From Lama guanicoe (Eukaryota): 64,000 nucleotides of DNA. The DNA is taken from the NCBI GenBank assembly GCA_013239625.1, contig MU053482.1, forward strand, positions 5,097,775-5,161,774, read 5' to 3'. Shown here piece by piece: positions 1-11,297 of the stretch. The notes under the pieces were generated by a model. That model ran no database searches. It saw only the letters and a program-made list of their open reading frames with translations, and had not been told where the DNA came from. Every line of letters begins with the position of its first letter. The first letter of the stretch is position 1. Both the position numbers and the translations under genes were made by a program.

Positions 1-1330
1 AAATACCCAGAAATCTATACCTACCCACTTATAATGAAACCTAAGAACACTGAAGATAAAAGATTAAAAGCAGAGAGAAAAAAAGAAATTACCTGTAAAA
101 GAACAACAGACTGAAAGCTGTCTTTTGTCAGGAACAATAAAATCCTGAAGATATTGAAATAAAATTTTCAAAATTGCAGAAAAATATTAACTTACATGTT
201 TATACCCAGAAAAAAAACTCCTGTGTTTTTACGATGGGAGAAAATTTAAGGCATTTTATGCAAACATGAACTGAGAGGATTAACTACCAATATACTCTCA
301 CTAACAGAAATCTCTAAAGGATGCACTCCATGAAGAAGGAAAATGAACACAAAAGAAAGACCTGAAATGCAACAAAAAATAAAGCTATCAGAATCCCAGA
401 CAACTATAGCACTTAAGTCAGGCAGAGTGGCTAGAGTCAGAGTGTGCTGAGGGCCTTGTATCATTTAGTATGTGGATAAAGAGACTAATTAACGTAAGAC
501 TTTATTAAGTTAAATACACGTGATAAATTTTCTAGGGAAGCCACTAAAATAATAAAAGAGTGTATAACCTCCCTACTAGTCATGAGGAGAAAATGAAATG
601 AGAGAGAATAGAAGCCTTAGTCCCAGAGGCAGCAAGCATGGAAGAGGGGATGAAGAATCGGAAAAGCTGAGTAGTAGGAAGTTCAAAATATGTCAGTAGA
701 AGTGAATCCAAGTATATTCATCAACCCAATCAATGTAAATTTACTTTATTCATTTAAAAGACAAAGACTGTCAGACGTGCTAACAAAAAATCTTGCCGTA
801 TGTTATTTACTAGAGACAGTCTGAATATATGAGGACACAGAAAAGTTGAAAGAAAAAGTGGAAATAATCATATTTACTAGACTACTACTAATTAAAAGAA
901 AGCTAAGGTAACTATTTTAATATCAGATGAAATAGACTTTCAGGCAAAAAGCATCACTACAGCAAGTCTCTACATATTAATGAGGCTAAAAATACTAGGA
1001 AAATAATGCACTTGTGTGCATCAAATATCTCAAAATAAAAAATGACAACCAAAATTTCAAGAAGAATTTGACAAATCTGCCATCACAGTAGCTGAAGATA
1101 TTTCTCTTAATAATACATTAAAGAAAAAGTTCATGAGGATAAAGATCTGGACAATATTACTAACTAGCAACACCCCAAAGCTGGAATATTCTCATCCTTT
1201 TCTACTGTGCATGGAACACTTACAAAATTTGACTATGTCCGGGAAGTCTCAGGGAGTTATTATACAGACCAAATCCTATGACCATGATGTAATAAAAAAA
1301 AAAAAACTTTTAACTATCCCTCTCCATATA
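1..1330 (+). mobile_element. Ancient degraded LINE-1 (L1M-type): ORF1 3' part and start of ORF2 endonuclease region
   Basis: A-rich sequence with L1 ORF1-like text (aaaagcagagagaaaaaaagaaattacctgtaaaagaac) and ORF2-endonuclease-like text (aaaagacaaagactgtcagac; gctaaggtaactattttaatatcagatgaaatagactt). No intact frame; recognised by eye. Confidence 0.7.
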
Positions 1331-2384
1331 TTTGGAAAACATCATAGCTCAGGAATTGCTCATACTAGAAGGAATAGTCTATGGATTATAATTCTTTGAA
1401 GGGTGGTTACATTAATACAGTATAATACACATGGCAACTATGTTTGTTTAGAATGTCTCAGTTCTTCTACCATTCAGGATAATTGAGTTTATTCTGCCCT
1501 GTCTTGATATTTCAGAACTTTCTGAATACTGTTTCATTGTTTTCTATAAATAATTGCTAAAAAAGCATATTTGGATGCTAACTTGAAAAACAACTGAAAG
1601 TTTCACAAAATAATCCTACCTGAGAAAATTTTCTAAATAGCATCCTATTTCAAAATCATGCATACTACTTTACAACAAGTTAAACTGATGATGAACAATT
1701 TGCAGAACTGTAAATACGTGGGAGAAACAATTTCCTGGAAAAATAAAAAAAATTTTAGCAATAGAAAATGTTCATGGAACTAGCTGAAATTAGCCTAATA
1801 AAAAAGAAGAAAACTAGGAGACTTTAAAAATAAATTGTCTTTAAATTCTTAGCAACACTGAATTAAATTACTATTTAAATGTATTGACTATTTGAATGTA
1901 TCTCCTAAATTTTGAGGATTGAATATTTTTAAAATGTGAAGGGTAGAAACAACAGAAGAGGATCTCAAATCTTCTATATTAAAATGTCATAAAATTGAAG
2001 TAAGTAATATAAGCTTACAAAATAGAGATAACCGTGTTTTATATTGTTTACATATAGAATTCTAAAAACTCAAATAATAATAGAACCAATAAGGGGATTT
2101 GGTAAGATGACTGTATTCAAGAAGAAAATTTGAAAGGCAACAGCTTTTCTTTTTACCAGTAATAATCAGCTGGTGATACATACATATACACACACAGGAT
2201 GCTTACTGCAGCTTTATTACAAATAGGAAAAAAGTGGAATACAATTTGACTACGTATCTACAGGGGAATGGTTGAATAAGTTATAAGTCCTGTAATGTAT
2301 TATGTGGTTTTTAAAAGATTGAGTTGCATTGATTTATATTGACATAGAAAGATAATCATGATGTATGTTTGCGTGAGACATATA

Positions 2385-3722
2385 TGGAGACTAAAAAAGT
2401 CAATGGAAAAGATCAGTGAAACCAAGAGCTGGTTCTTGGAGAAAATGAAATTGACAAACCTTTAGCTAGACTTATTAAGGAAAAGAGAGAGAACTCAAAT
2501 AAAATCAGAAACGAAAGAGATGATAAAACTGATGCCACAGAAACACAATCACAAGAGACTATTATGACTAATTATACACCAAAAAGCTAGACAACCTAAA
2601 TAAATAAATAAATAAACTCCTAAAACTCACAGCCTACCAAGACTGAATCATGATGAAACAGAAATTTTAAACAGACTTGTTACTAGTAGAGAGACTAAAT
2701 CAGTCATCAACAACTCTCCGAACAAACAAAAGCCCAGGACCAGATGGCTTCACTAATGAATTCTACCAAACATTAAAAACAAAAAATCCTTCTCAAACTC
2801 TTTGAAAAAAAAAAAAAGAGAGTACACTTCCAAACTCATTTTTACAAGACCAGAATTATCCTGATACCAGAACCAGACAAGGACACCTAAGAAAAGAAAA
2901 TTATAGGCCAATGTCCTTGGTGAACACAGATGGAAAAATCCTTAACAAAATATTAGCAAACTGAGTTCTACAATACATTAAAAGAATCATACACCATGGT
3001 CAAGTGAGGTGTATTTATGGATGCAAGGATGGTTCAACACCCACAAATCAATGTGATACACCACAGTTTTAAAGTGAAGAATAAAAATCATAAGATCTTC
3101 TTAATAGATGTAGAAAAAGCATTTGACAAAATTCAGTATCCATTTATGATTAAAAAAAAAACTCTCAAAATGGGTATGGAGGGAACTTACCTGAACATAA
3201 TAAAGGCCATATACGACAAGTTCACAGCTAACATCATACTCAATAGTGAAAAGCTTAAAGCTTTTCCTCTAAAATCAGGAATAAGACAAGGATGCCCACC
3301 CTAGACACTTTTATTCGAAATAGTATTAGAAGTCCAAGCCAGAGCAATTAGGCAAGAGAAAGAAATAAAAGGCATTCAACTCAGAAAGAAGTAAAACTGT
3401 CACTATTTGCAAGTGATGTGATGTTATATACAGAAAACCCTAAAGACTCCACCAACAAACTGTTAGAACTAATAAACTAATTCAGTGAAGTTGCAGGGTA
3501 TAAAATCAGTATACAAAAAAATCTATTTTTATTCTATACACTAATAATGAACTATCAGAAATAAATTAAGAAAACAAATACCTTATGATCTCACCTATAT
3601 GTTGAATCTAAACAAAACAAAACAAAAAATGACCTGATAGAGAACAGATTGGTGGTTGCCAGAGGATGGGGAAGGGGAAATGGATAAAATGGGTGAAGTT
3701 TGTCCAGAAGTACAAAAAAAAA
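2385..3722 (+). mobile_element. LINE-1 fragment: ORF2 (RT region) fused to 3' end, internally deleted
   Basis: ORF 3017-3304 gives L1 RT motifs ([29 protein letters not shown]). The catalytic FADD is mutated to FASD (3406-3417). The sequence jumps at ~3575 to L1 3'-terminal sequence, then an A-run near 3714-3722. Confidence 0.9.
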
Positions 3723-6062
3723 AGGTGTATCCATATATATTGAGACATAGATATATGCTTAAATGGGAAAAAAAAGCAGAAAATTTATACACTGTAATCT
3801 TATTTTTATTAACAGAGAATGAGAGAGACTCTATTGTGTGTATTATGAACGTGAAGAGATACACCTAAAACTGTTAATAAGGGCTACTTTGAGATAGTCT
3901 CTCTACTCAAATCCATATAGGTTCCAATGTCAACGCATAAAAGTATCCAACAACAAAAATTAAAAGCAAGAAGATAAACCCAAAGCTTAATAACTAAAGT
4001 AGAAAAAGCGAAGAATTACATTTTCTAAAATATTAAGTAATGCAAATAAATAAAGCAAAACCATAAAAAACTCTTCTCCTGAATAAGAAATGCCAGATGC
4101 TAAAAAAAAGATTTTTTTAAATTTTAGGAAGAATGAATTGTAATTTCAGTATTATAAACTACTTTAAAATATTGGTGGAAAGAGAAAAACAGTGAATGTT
4201 CCAGTACATAATGTGTAAAATCCAATTTTTAAAAAACAAGAACAGAATGGACGACAGAGCAAGAAAAAGTTACTAACTTGGAAAAGACTCAGAGACCTAC
4301 ACTGTTCACTGTAAGTAGTCCAATGCCAGAGGAGGTTATAAATATGAAAATTCAGAGGCAACAATGTAATACAACAGGGCTAGCAAAAAAGTGGTTCTCG
4401 TGCTGCTGCTTCTCCCCGCCCCACCTACCCCGTCCACTCCCAAGACAGTCGTCACTAATGCATCCCAGCAGCCTTCCTCTGAGCCAAGATAAAGCTTCAG
4501 ATGTTTCCTTAACCAAGTACCTTGGGCAGCCTCTGCCAGTGGCCAGTGTACCTTTACCAAATGCTGGTAGTTGCAGTATAGGATGAAAATAACTTGTTAC
4601 TTCTTCATTAGGAGAGGATCCAAGGTAAAAATTCATAGCTTGAAAACAGAAAAGGCACACGGTTTCTTTAGAAGGTTGAACATTCAAGAGAAAGATTCTT
4701 AAATATATGCTTATTAAATCCCTGAACTTTAGAAATAATGATGGTCTCAAGTAACTAAAGAAAAGAGAGAAATAACATTTCAGGCCATCACAAATAAGAA
4801 TAGTTTGAGATCATCCTATCAAGGTGCTGAAAACAATTCTTAAATCCACAGAACCTGCAGAAATTTTCCAGTGGGCAACCACATCTTCAAAGAATTACCC
4901 AAAGGACATTTGACTTGGATAGGCTACAACTACTGAAAAATAAAATAAATAATAAGCTTGTAGGGAAACCACTGATGAATGGAGAAGTTCAGTTCGTTTG
5001 TATGGCAGCCCTTAAAAATGAGAAAAGACGTTTTAAACATGTTTCAAATGTCAGTTCTATCAGTCCTCGAATGGCTGTGGAGAGTGGATTAGGTGAATCC
5101 AATAACAGAAAACGTATTTCCTATTAGGGAATCCGAAGTTGTTCTTCAAGATAAAAATATAAATTTAGACTAATAAAATGATTAGATTGTTTTTTGCCTT
5201 TAAGTATTAAAGGGTAATGTCATTGCATACAAGGACCATTGATTTTAAAGCACATCAGTATAAATACCACTGGGAGAGAGAGAAAGCACTTCAATTAAAC
5301 TATTGCCCAGTGCTTGCTTCTTGCTTAGAATGTTCATATCCTACTTTTTGAAATTGTTCTTGTAGGCTTATTGAGACATGGAAGTGACCCTACTATGAAG
5401 AGCTATGACCAAGTTCACGCTCGTGGAAGCAGTGACAACTCTTACAATACCTTCCACCTGGCTGTCAGCAGTTGTAGGGTGCCATCAATTTTAAGACAGC
5501 ATGATTTCAGGGATGTTACAATGTGAAAAGATGTGTGCCTTAGAACTGATGAATTGGATACCAGATTAGTTACCTTGCAGGTGGGTTTAAAAGGAAGGAA
5601 CATGCTTAAGACAGAGAAATACGACTCACCAGGACACATATTGTACTGCAGGAGTGTTCACAACCCTTTGAATAAGGACTTGACCACTGCTCAGGGGAAG
5701 CATGGAAGCCTTCCAGTCAGGGCACAGAAATGTCCTTGGAGAAGAAGGCAGAAGTGACAAGAAGAGGGAAAAAAAAACCCAAATGAGGAGGACGAGCCTA
5801 AATAGGACAAGCTGCATTAAATGCCCCCCTTCTGTGGTCCTGGGATCTTACAATTTGGGGATTCAGTACACAATCACAAGGTTTTCACAATACATCCTGG
5901 TGCCACCAGTGCCGCCATCAGACAGTGGGGAGAGCAGTGTCCGTCACATACAAGGTGCTCCGTATGTGTCTGGCGAGCGAGGGAGTGACTGTGTGCATGC
6001 ATGAGTTAGGGGCTGTCCGTGGCAAAGATCACAGCTGTTCTCTTTTCCCTTGTCACCCCCAG

Positions 6063-6203
6063 AGAAACTTGAGAGTGAGAAGCTGAACGTGGCTGAGGTC
6101 ACCCAGTCAGAGATTGCTCAGAAGCAAAAGCTGCAGACTGTCCTGGAGAAGATCAATGAAACCCTGAAGCTTCCTCCCAGGAGCATCAAGTGGAATGTAG
6201 ACT
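6063..6203 (+). CDS. PARVA: Alpha-parvin coding exon (probable exon 5, 141 nt): (E)KLESEKLNVAEVTQSEIAQKQKLQTVLEKINETLKLPPRSIKWNVD(S)
   Basis: Pyrimidine tract + AG (6061-6062), donor GTGAGT at 6204. Peptide matches the alpha-parvin CH1 region as I recall it; phases 1/1. Confidence 0.97.
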
Positions 6204-7614
6204 GTGAGTTTTGCAAGAGAAAGCAGGGCCCTTAATGACACCTGCGGCCCCTGCCGTGGGGTTCCCCCAGGCCAGGCAGCCGCATCGTGAGCTGGGCGGC
6301 CCGGGTGGGTGCAAACCCATTTATCTCTGAGCGACGTATGCCTTTCCTTAGAAAGAAAGCTTATCATCCCCACTGCTGGGGGACAATAGCACAATGTCCG
6401 AGTCTAGTGTTCCTTTTTTGTAAAAGGCTTTCTGTAGAAAACTCACGTGAGATTGGAAGGGGAAGGAAGCTCCCATCCATTGAGCTACTTCTGAGTCTCA
6501 GCACAACCTTCCGGGAAAGCTCTTGTCTCCAGATTGCAGAGGCTCTCGGAAGCAGAGATCCCTAGTTCGTGCAGCTGAGAAGCGGGGAGCAAGGGCTTGG
6601 CTCTGTTCCAGCACCCAAGCCCTTCCTCCCACCCCCTTACTGTCCAGAGGGAGCAAAGGTGCAGCTGAGAGCTTAGGCACTGGAACAGGATTGGAAAATT
6701 CAGATTTTCACACTAGCATAGCCCAAGGATCTCAGAAAGTATAAACTATTCATTCTTTTGCTGCCTCAAGGGTCTGGCTGTCTAATGTGGGCTTAAATGA
6801 GTCCCTGTCAGAGTCAACATGAATTCAGTAGAATTTGGGGAATCCGGTAGCAACAACATATTTCCCATAGGAAACCCAAAGTTGTTATTTGTAATAGATA
6901 AAAATATGAATTTAGGTGAGTAAAATGACTTAGATTGTGGTTTTTTGGCCTTTAAGTATTAAGCGGTTAAGTACTAGAATTTACTGCATCTGATGTATGC
7001 AACTTAAAATGGACATCTCTTCCTTCCTACCCCTGCAAAAAAAAAAAAAATGCCTTTTAAACTTCAGAAAGAAAAGGGAATCTTCACCTCTCCAAGTTAG
7101 AGACCCAGCAACTGCCAGTGGCAGTCTCTTCAGTGGTTCCTAACACCCAACAAGGGAGGCGAGACGCCAAGTACCTCCTTCAGCATAATTATGCCTTTGC
7201 TTGCCCAGCGTGATAAGCTGCCTCGCACAGCTTCCCAGCCTTTGCTGGGAACAGGGCATCCTCTGCTGAGCAGAGGAGATACCTGAGGGCAGGACGAGGG
7301 GAGGCCACGACCCTTGGCCTTAGATGCTGTCCCGTGTCCCAGGGATGTTAATAGTATTCAGCAGGAGAGGGCAAAGTGGGGCTGATCACTAGATTGGGAA
7401 ATGTATCTGCATTTTAGAAATCCATAATCGTCATAAGCATTCAAGTCCTCTAATGAAGACCCCTGCTTGGTTTTGTTTTATCCTATTTCCCACTCCTTTG
7501 AATATGAACCACCTCTATGTACCCCTCCAAAACAGAACAAAACACCTTTTCACTTATCATGGAACGCACTTTGGGAAAGACTGAAATAGAAGATGGGAAT
7601 TTTTTTTGCCTTTT

Positions 7615-7790
7615 TTTTTTTTGTTAGGCTTTTTTTTTTAGAGCAGTTTCAGGTTTACAGCAGAATCAAGCAGAAAATACAGAGTTCCCACATAGCCTTC
7701 CCCACCCACACGTATATACTCCCCTACCCTCAACATACCTCATCAGTGTGACATATTTGGTACAATCGATGAACCAACATGGACACATTG
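7615..7790 (-). mobile_element. Old L1M 3' end fragment
   Basis: T-run followed by gagcagtttcaggtttacagcagaatcaagcagaaaatacagagttcccacat...gtacaatcgatgaaccaacat, typical of a reversed L1M 3' terminus. Confidence 0.7.
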
Positions 7791-8599
7791 AATTTTTAAA
7801 GCCATATCAAAACCATTGTCTTCAGTGGCTTTGAATGATTTGTTTTGGGTTCACATTCACTTTCATTTCTTGTAGGGAAATGTGTATGAGTGAAATAATC
7901 ATTCATCTGACCACTCTTATCTGGCTCTTCATTTTTTGCCATCACTGTCCACATCAATGCATATGTTTCATACTTTCACTTGATGAAGGCACACAAACTC
8001 ATTTTGTTATTCTCTCTTAATGTTACATCGCGCACATCTTCTGTATTTGCATGTGGCCCTGGTAGTTACAATTTTTGATAGCTGCTCTGTTTCCTGGGGT
8101 AGATATCCCATAGTTACCTTAAACCGTGTGTTGACATTAATCCTTTTTTAGGGTGTTTTCCAGCTTATTGCTAATATCAGATAGTGTCAAGTTGAATGTT
8201 AAGTTGTGTCTCTTTTTGGCTTCTCTTGAATTATTCTCATCAGATATATTTCCAGAACTGAGAGGACTTATCCTAGGTCAGAGGGAATAATTATCTCAGT
8301 GGCTTGCCCCTGCAGTGCCTCGGGACTTCGAGCAGCAGTGGTTCCTATCAGGAGGAATGTGGCAGGCATGACCCGACCCCTCCTCCCTCACTTATCTTCC
8401 CTGGCTGTTTCTGAGGACGTTGTGGAAACTTTCCACTCAGGAGAAGGGTGGTAGGGACAGCTGCTGAGTTCCCAAGGCCCTTGATCCTGGGCCTTAGGGA
8501 GTTCTTCCTTTTCTCTTTTTTTTAATTCACAACAGTAATTTCCATTATTGAAAATTTAGAAAATACTAATAAATTCAAAGAGATTTAAATAACATCTAA

Positions 8600-8940
8600 T
8601 GTATTTATGGTACTTACTGTATGCCTTATACTAATGTAAACCCTTCACATATTTTGATCCTTGTAATCCTCACTCAACCATCTGTGGTAAGAACTCTCTG
8701 TCCCCATTTTACAGATGGGACAGTCAAGGCATAAAGAGGTTAAGAAACAATGAATGTAAGCTTCCTGAGGGCAAGGATTTTTGTCTCTTTCCTACTGTGT
8801 CTCTAAAACCTGGAAGCATGACTGGCACTTACTAATCACAGTGCTTTTTGCTAGAGGAGTGTCACTGACCAAGGTCACACGGGAGGTGAAGGGAGGAGCC
8901 AGGCATGAGACACAGAGTCCAGCCGCAGAGCCTGTGTACC
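8600..8940 (-). mobile_element. MIR SINE split by a + strand L2 3' tail (~8752-8840)
   Basis: MIR core ccccattttacagatgggacagtcaaggcataaagaggttaag, then L2 tail aatgtaagcttcctgagggcaaggatttttgtc...ctggcactta, then MIR resumes with ccaaggtcacac...ggagccagg. Confidence 0.65.
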
Positions 8941-11181
8941 CAGCCTGCATGTGCTCCCCTTCTTGAGCTGCCCGTCAGATATAGGCACTGCCTTGTAGTG
9001 TGTTCCTTCAAGCTGTGTGTGTGTGTGTGTTTTAAGAAATAAGTATGCCAGTAAGCAAAATGTGGTACATACTTTATACATAAAACATTTTCTATTCTTA
9101 TGAAGATGAGATAACCTGAATATATTGTTTAGAAGAGGTATATCTTTACAGATCATCAACTATCCTTCCATATGTCACTTTTAATATTATGACAGTATGG
9201 ATGGATCATAATTTACTTAACTAATGATAGATTTTTAAGGTTGTTTTCCATTTGTTCACTGACATCAATACAGCGTGATGAGTCTCTGCTCAATGACATA
9301 ATTACTACTTCTTTAGGATAAAGACCTCGCAGTGGTAGTTTAGGGCCAAAGAATTTTAAGGTCCTAACACATATTGTCAAACTGCCTCCCCTCAAAACTA
9401 CACCAGGTTTTGTTTCCACCACAGTTTGTGTTTGGAGGACTATTTCTGTCTCGGCAGCTCCTTTGAAATGGTTGCCAGCCCTAGAGCGTCACTGTTGGCA
9501 CAGCGGCCGCGGTGGCCAGTTTCTACCGCGGAGTCTTGGGTCTCGGCCCTGCTCTCACTCTGCACGTTTCCCTCCCGACTTGAGTGGCCCTGTCTTCTGC
9601 CCGGCCTCAGGGAGAAAAGTCCTGGGAGATGTGCAGAGAGACGGCAATGATGAGAGTGCCCAGATATGCAGAGGTTGTTAGAGGTTTTGTTAATTGAAAA
9701 GATAACATGTCTTTATTCTAAAGAAACGTTTGAAATTGGGCAGGGAAAAAACTACTCTAGCATAACAGTTTTCCTTATTTTTTTGTATTCCTTTCCAAGT
9801 CTCAGTCTCAAGTACATGCTTGTGTGTGTGTGCGCGCGTATGTGTAGTTATATAAATGTATATGTATTTTTATATACCTATATATAAATATATGTGTATT
9901 TATATGTATGTAAATCCATAAATGTATATGGTTACATTATTTCCATTGTTTCTCTTTAACATTGCGTTATTAATATTTATAGCTGCATTGTCTTAACAGT
10001 GATTTTCAGTGCATGCAAACTATTCCACTATGTGGCTGTACCATAATTTACTGAAGCAGTGACTATTAAACCATGCTTGGCCTAACCTGGAGATTTGCAA
10101 GGAAAAACCCAGGCATCGTTGCGGGGAAGAGAAGCAGCTGTGAGCGGGCTGCAGGCAGGACTCAGGGACCAGAACGGCTGTACTTTTCTCATCAGTTTTG
10201 CCTAATGGCTTTTAGAACAAAGGGTTTTTCTCCTTAGTAACAAAAAAATATTTGAAAACCACTGGTCTAAACCATCCTCTTGCTGTTGGATATAAGTGTT
10301 TCCCAGATTTTTTAAAGATAACAATATAATATACAATAATTAATATCTGTACACATAGCATGTATGTGTGTATGAGAGAGAGAGAGAGAGAGAAACTGTA
10401 TAGAGATGTCCAGTCAGAACTCAGGCTCCAGTCTGCCTGACACCGTGCACTCCGTTCCATCAGTCTTCTTCCGACTACTGAGAAAACTACAGCCCAGTAG
10501 TTGCCCAGCCTTCTCCAAAACAGATGACTTAACATCCAGCACATAGCTCAGTAGCTACAAAAGCCAGCTGGGTCGTGAGCATCCCCTCCCAGATGTTCCT
10601 CAAAGATCATTGTCTATGCTGTGTATGGCACTCAAAAGAGCAACAGAGCCCTTTAGATGTCTCTCATGCCTTCCTCCAGGGGTCTTAAAGCCCTGAAAAA
10701 AGGAAGGGATCCAGTGTTCCTGACTCATATCCATTGACTGAGAGCTTGCATTGTGTAGAGCCTTGGGACAAGGGCAGTGGTGATAACCCCAAGAGTCCAT
10801 AGTCAGATGGGAAGGGAGAGGGGGTGCAAAGCAGGTGTGCTCATGGCTGTTGGAATAAACAAGAACATGGGGGTGGTGGAGGGCTGATCTGGGCTCAGAA
10901 TTCAGCAGTTGCCAGGGGTCCCGGTGGAAACCTTGGATTAGAGTGGAGAGGCACTACCTTGCAATCCAGCAACAACATGGTCTACGAAGGAGATCCATGG
11001 GTGACACTGGCCAAGAACTGAGGGGCTCAGGGTGAGGCCTGGGATGACCAAGGGTGTCCCCGGACCCATGGAGGGGCTGGAAGGGGCATCGGGTATGGTA
11101 CTGCTACATTAGAATATCTGCTTCTATCTCCATAGAACTTAGAAGAAGATTCTCTAACTTTGCAATCATCCGTTATTTCAG

Positions 11182-11297
11182 CTGTTCATGCCAAGAGCCT
11201 GGTAGCCATCTTGCATCTGCTGGTTGCTCTCTCCCAGTATTTCCGGGCACCAATCCGACTCCCGGACCACGTTTCCATCCAAGTGGTTGTGGTCCAG
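11182..11297 (+). CDS. PARVA: Alpha-parvin coding exon (probable exon 6, 116 nt): (S)VHAKSLVAILHLLVALSQYFRAPIRLPDHVSIQVVVVQ
   Basis: Acceptor tttcAG (11180-11181), donor GTAAGT at 11298; in frame with the previous exon. Confidence 0.97.

Noticed and set aside
6061..6064. Tandem AGAG acceptor at the first exon
   Set aside because: The distal AG would shift the frame by 2 nt; the proximal CAG fits the protein and there is no evidence of alternative use.
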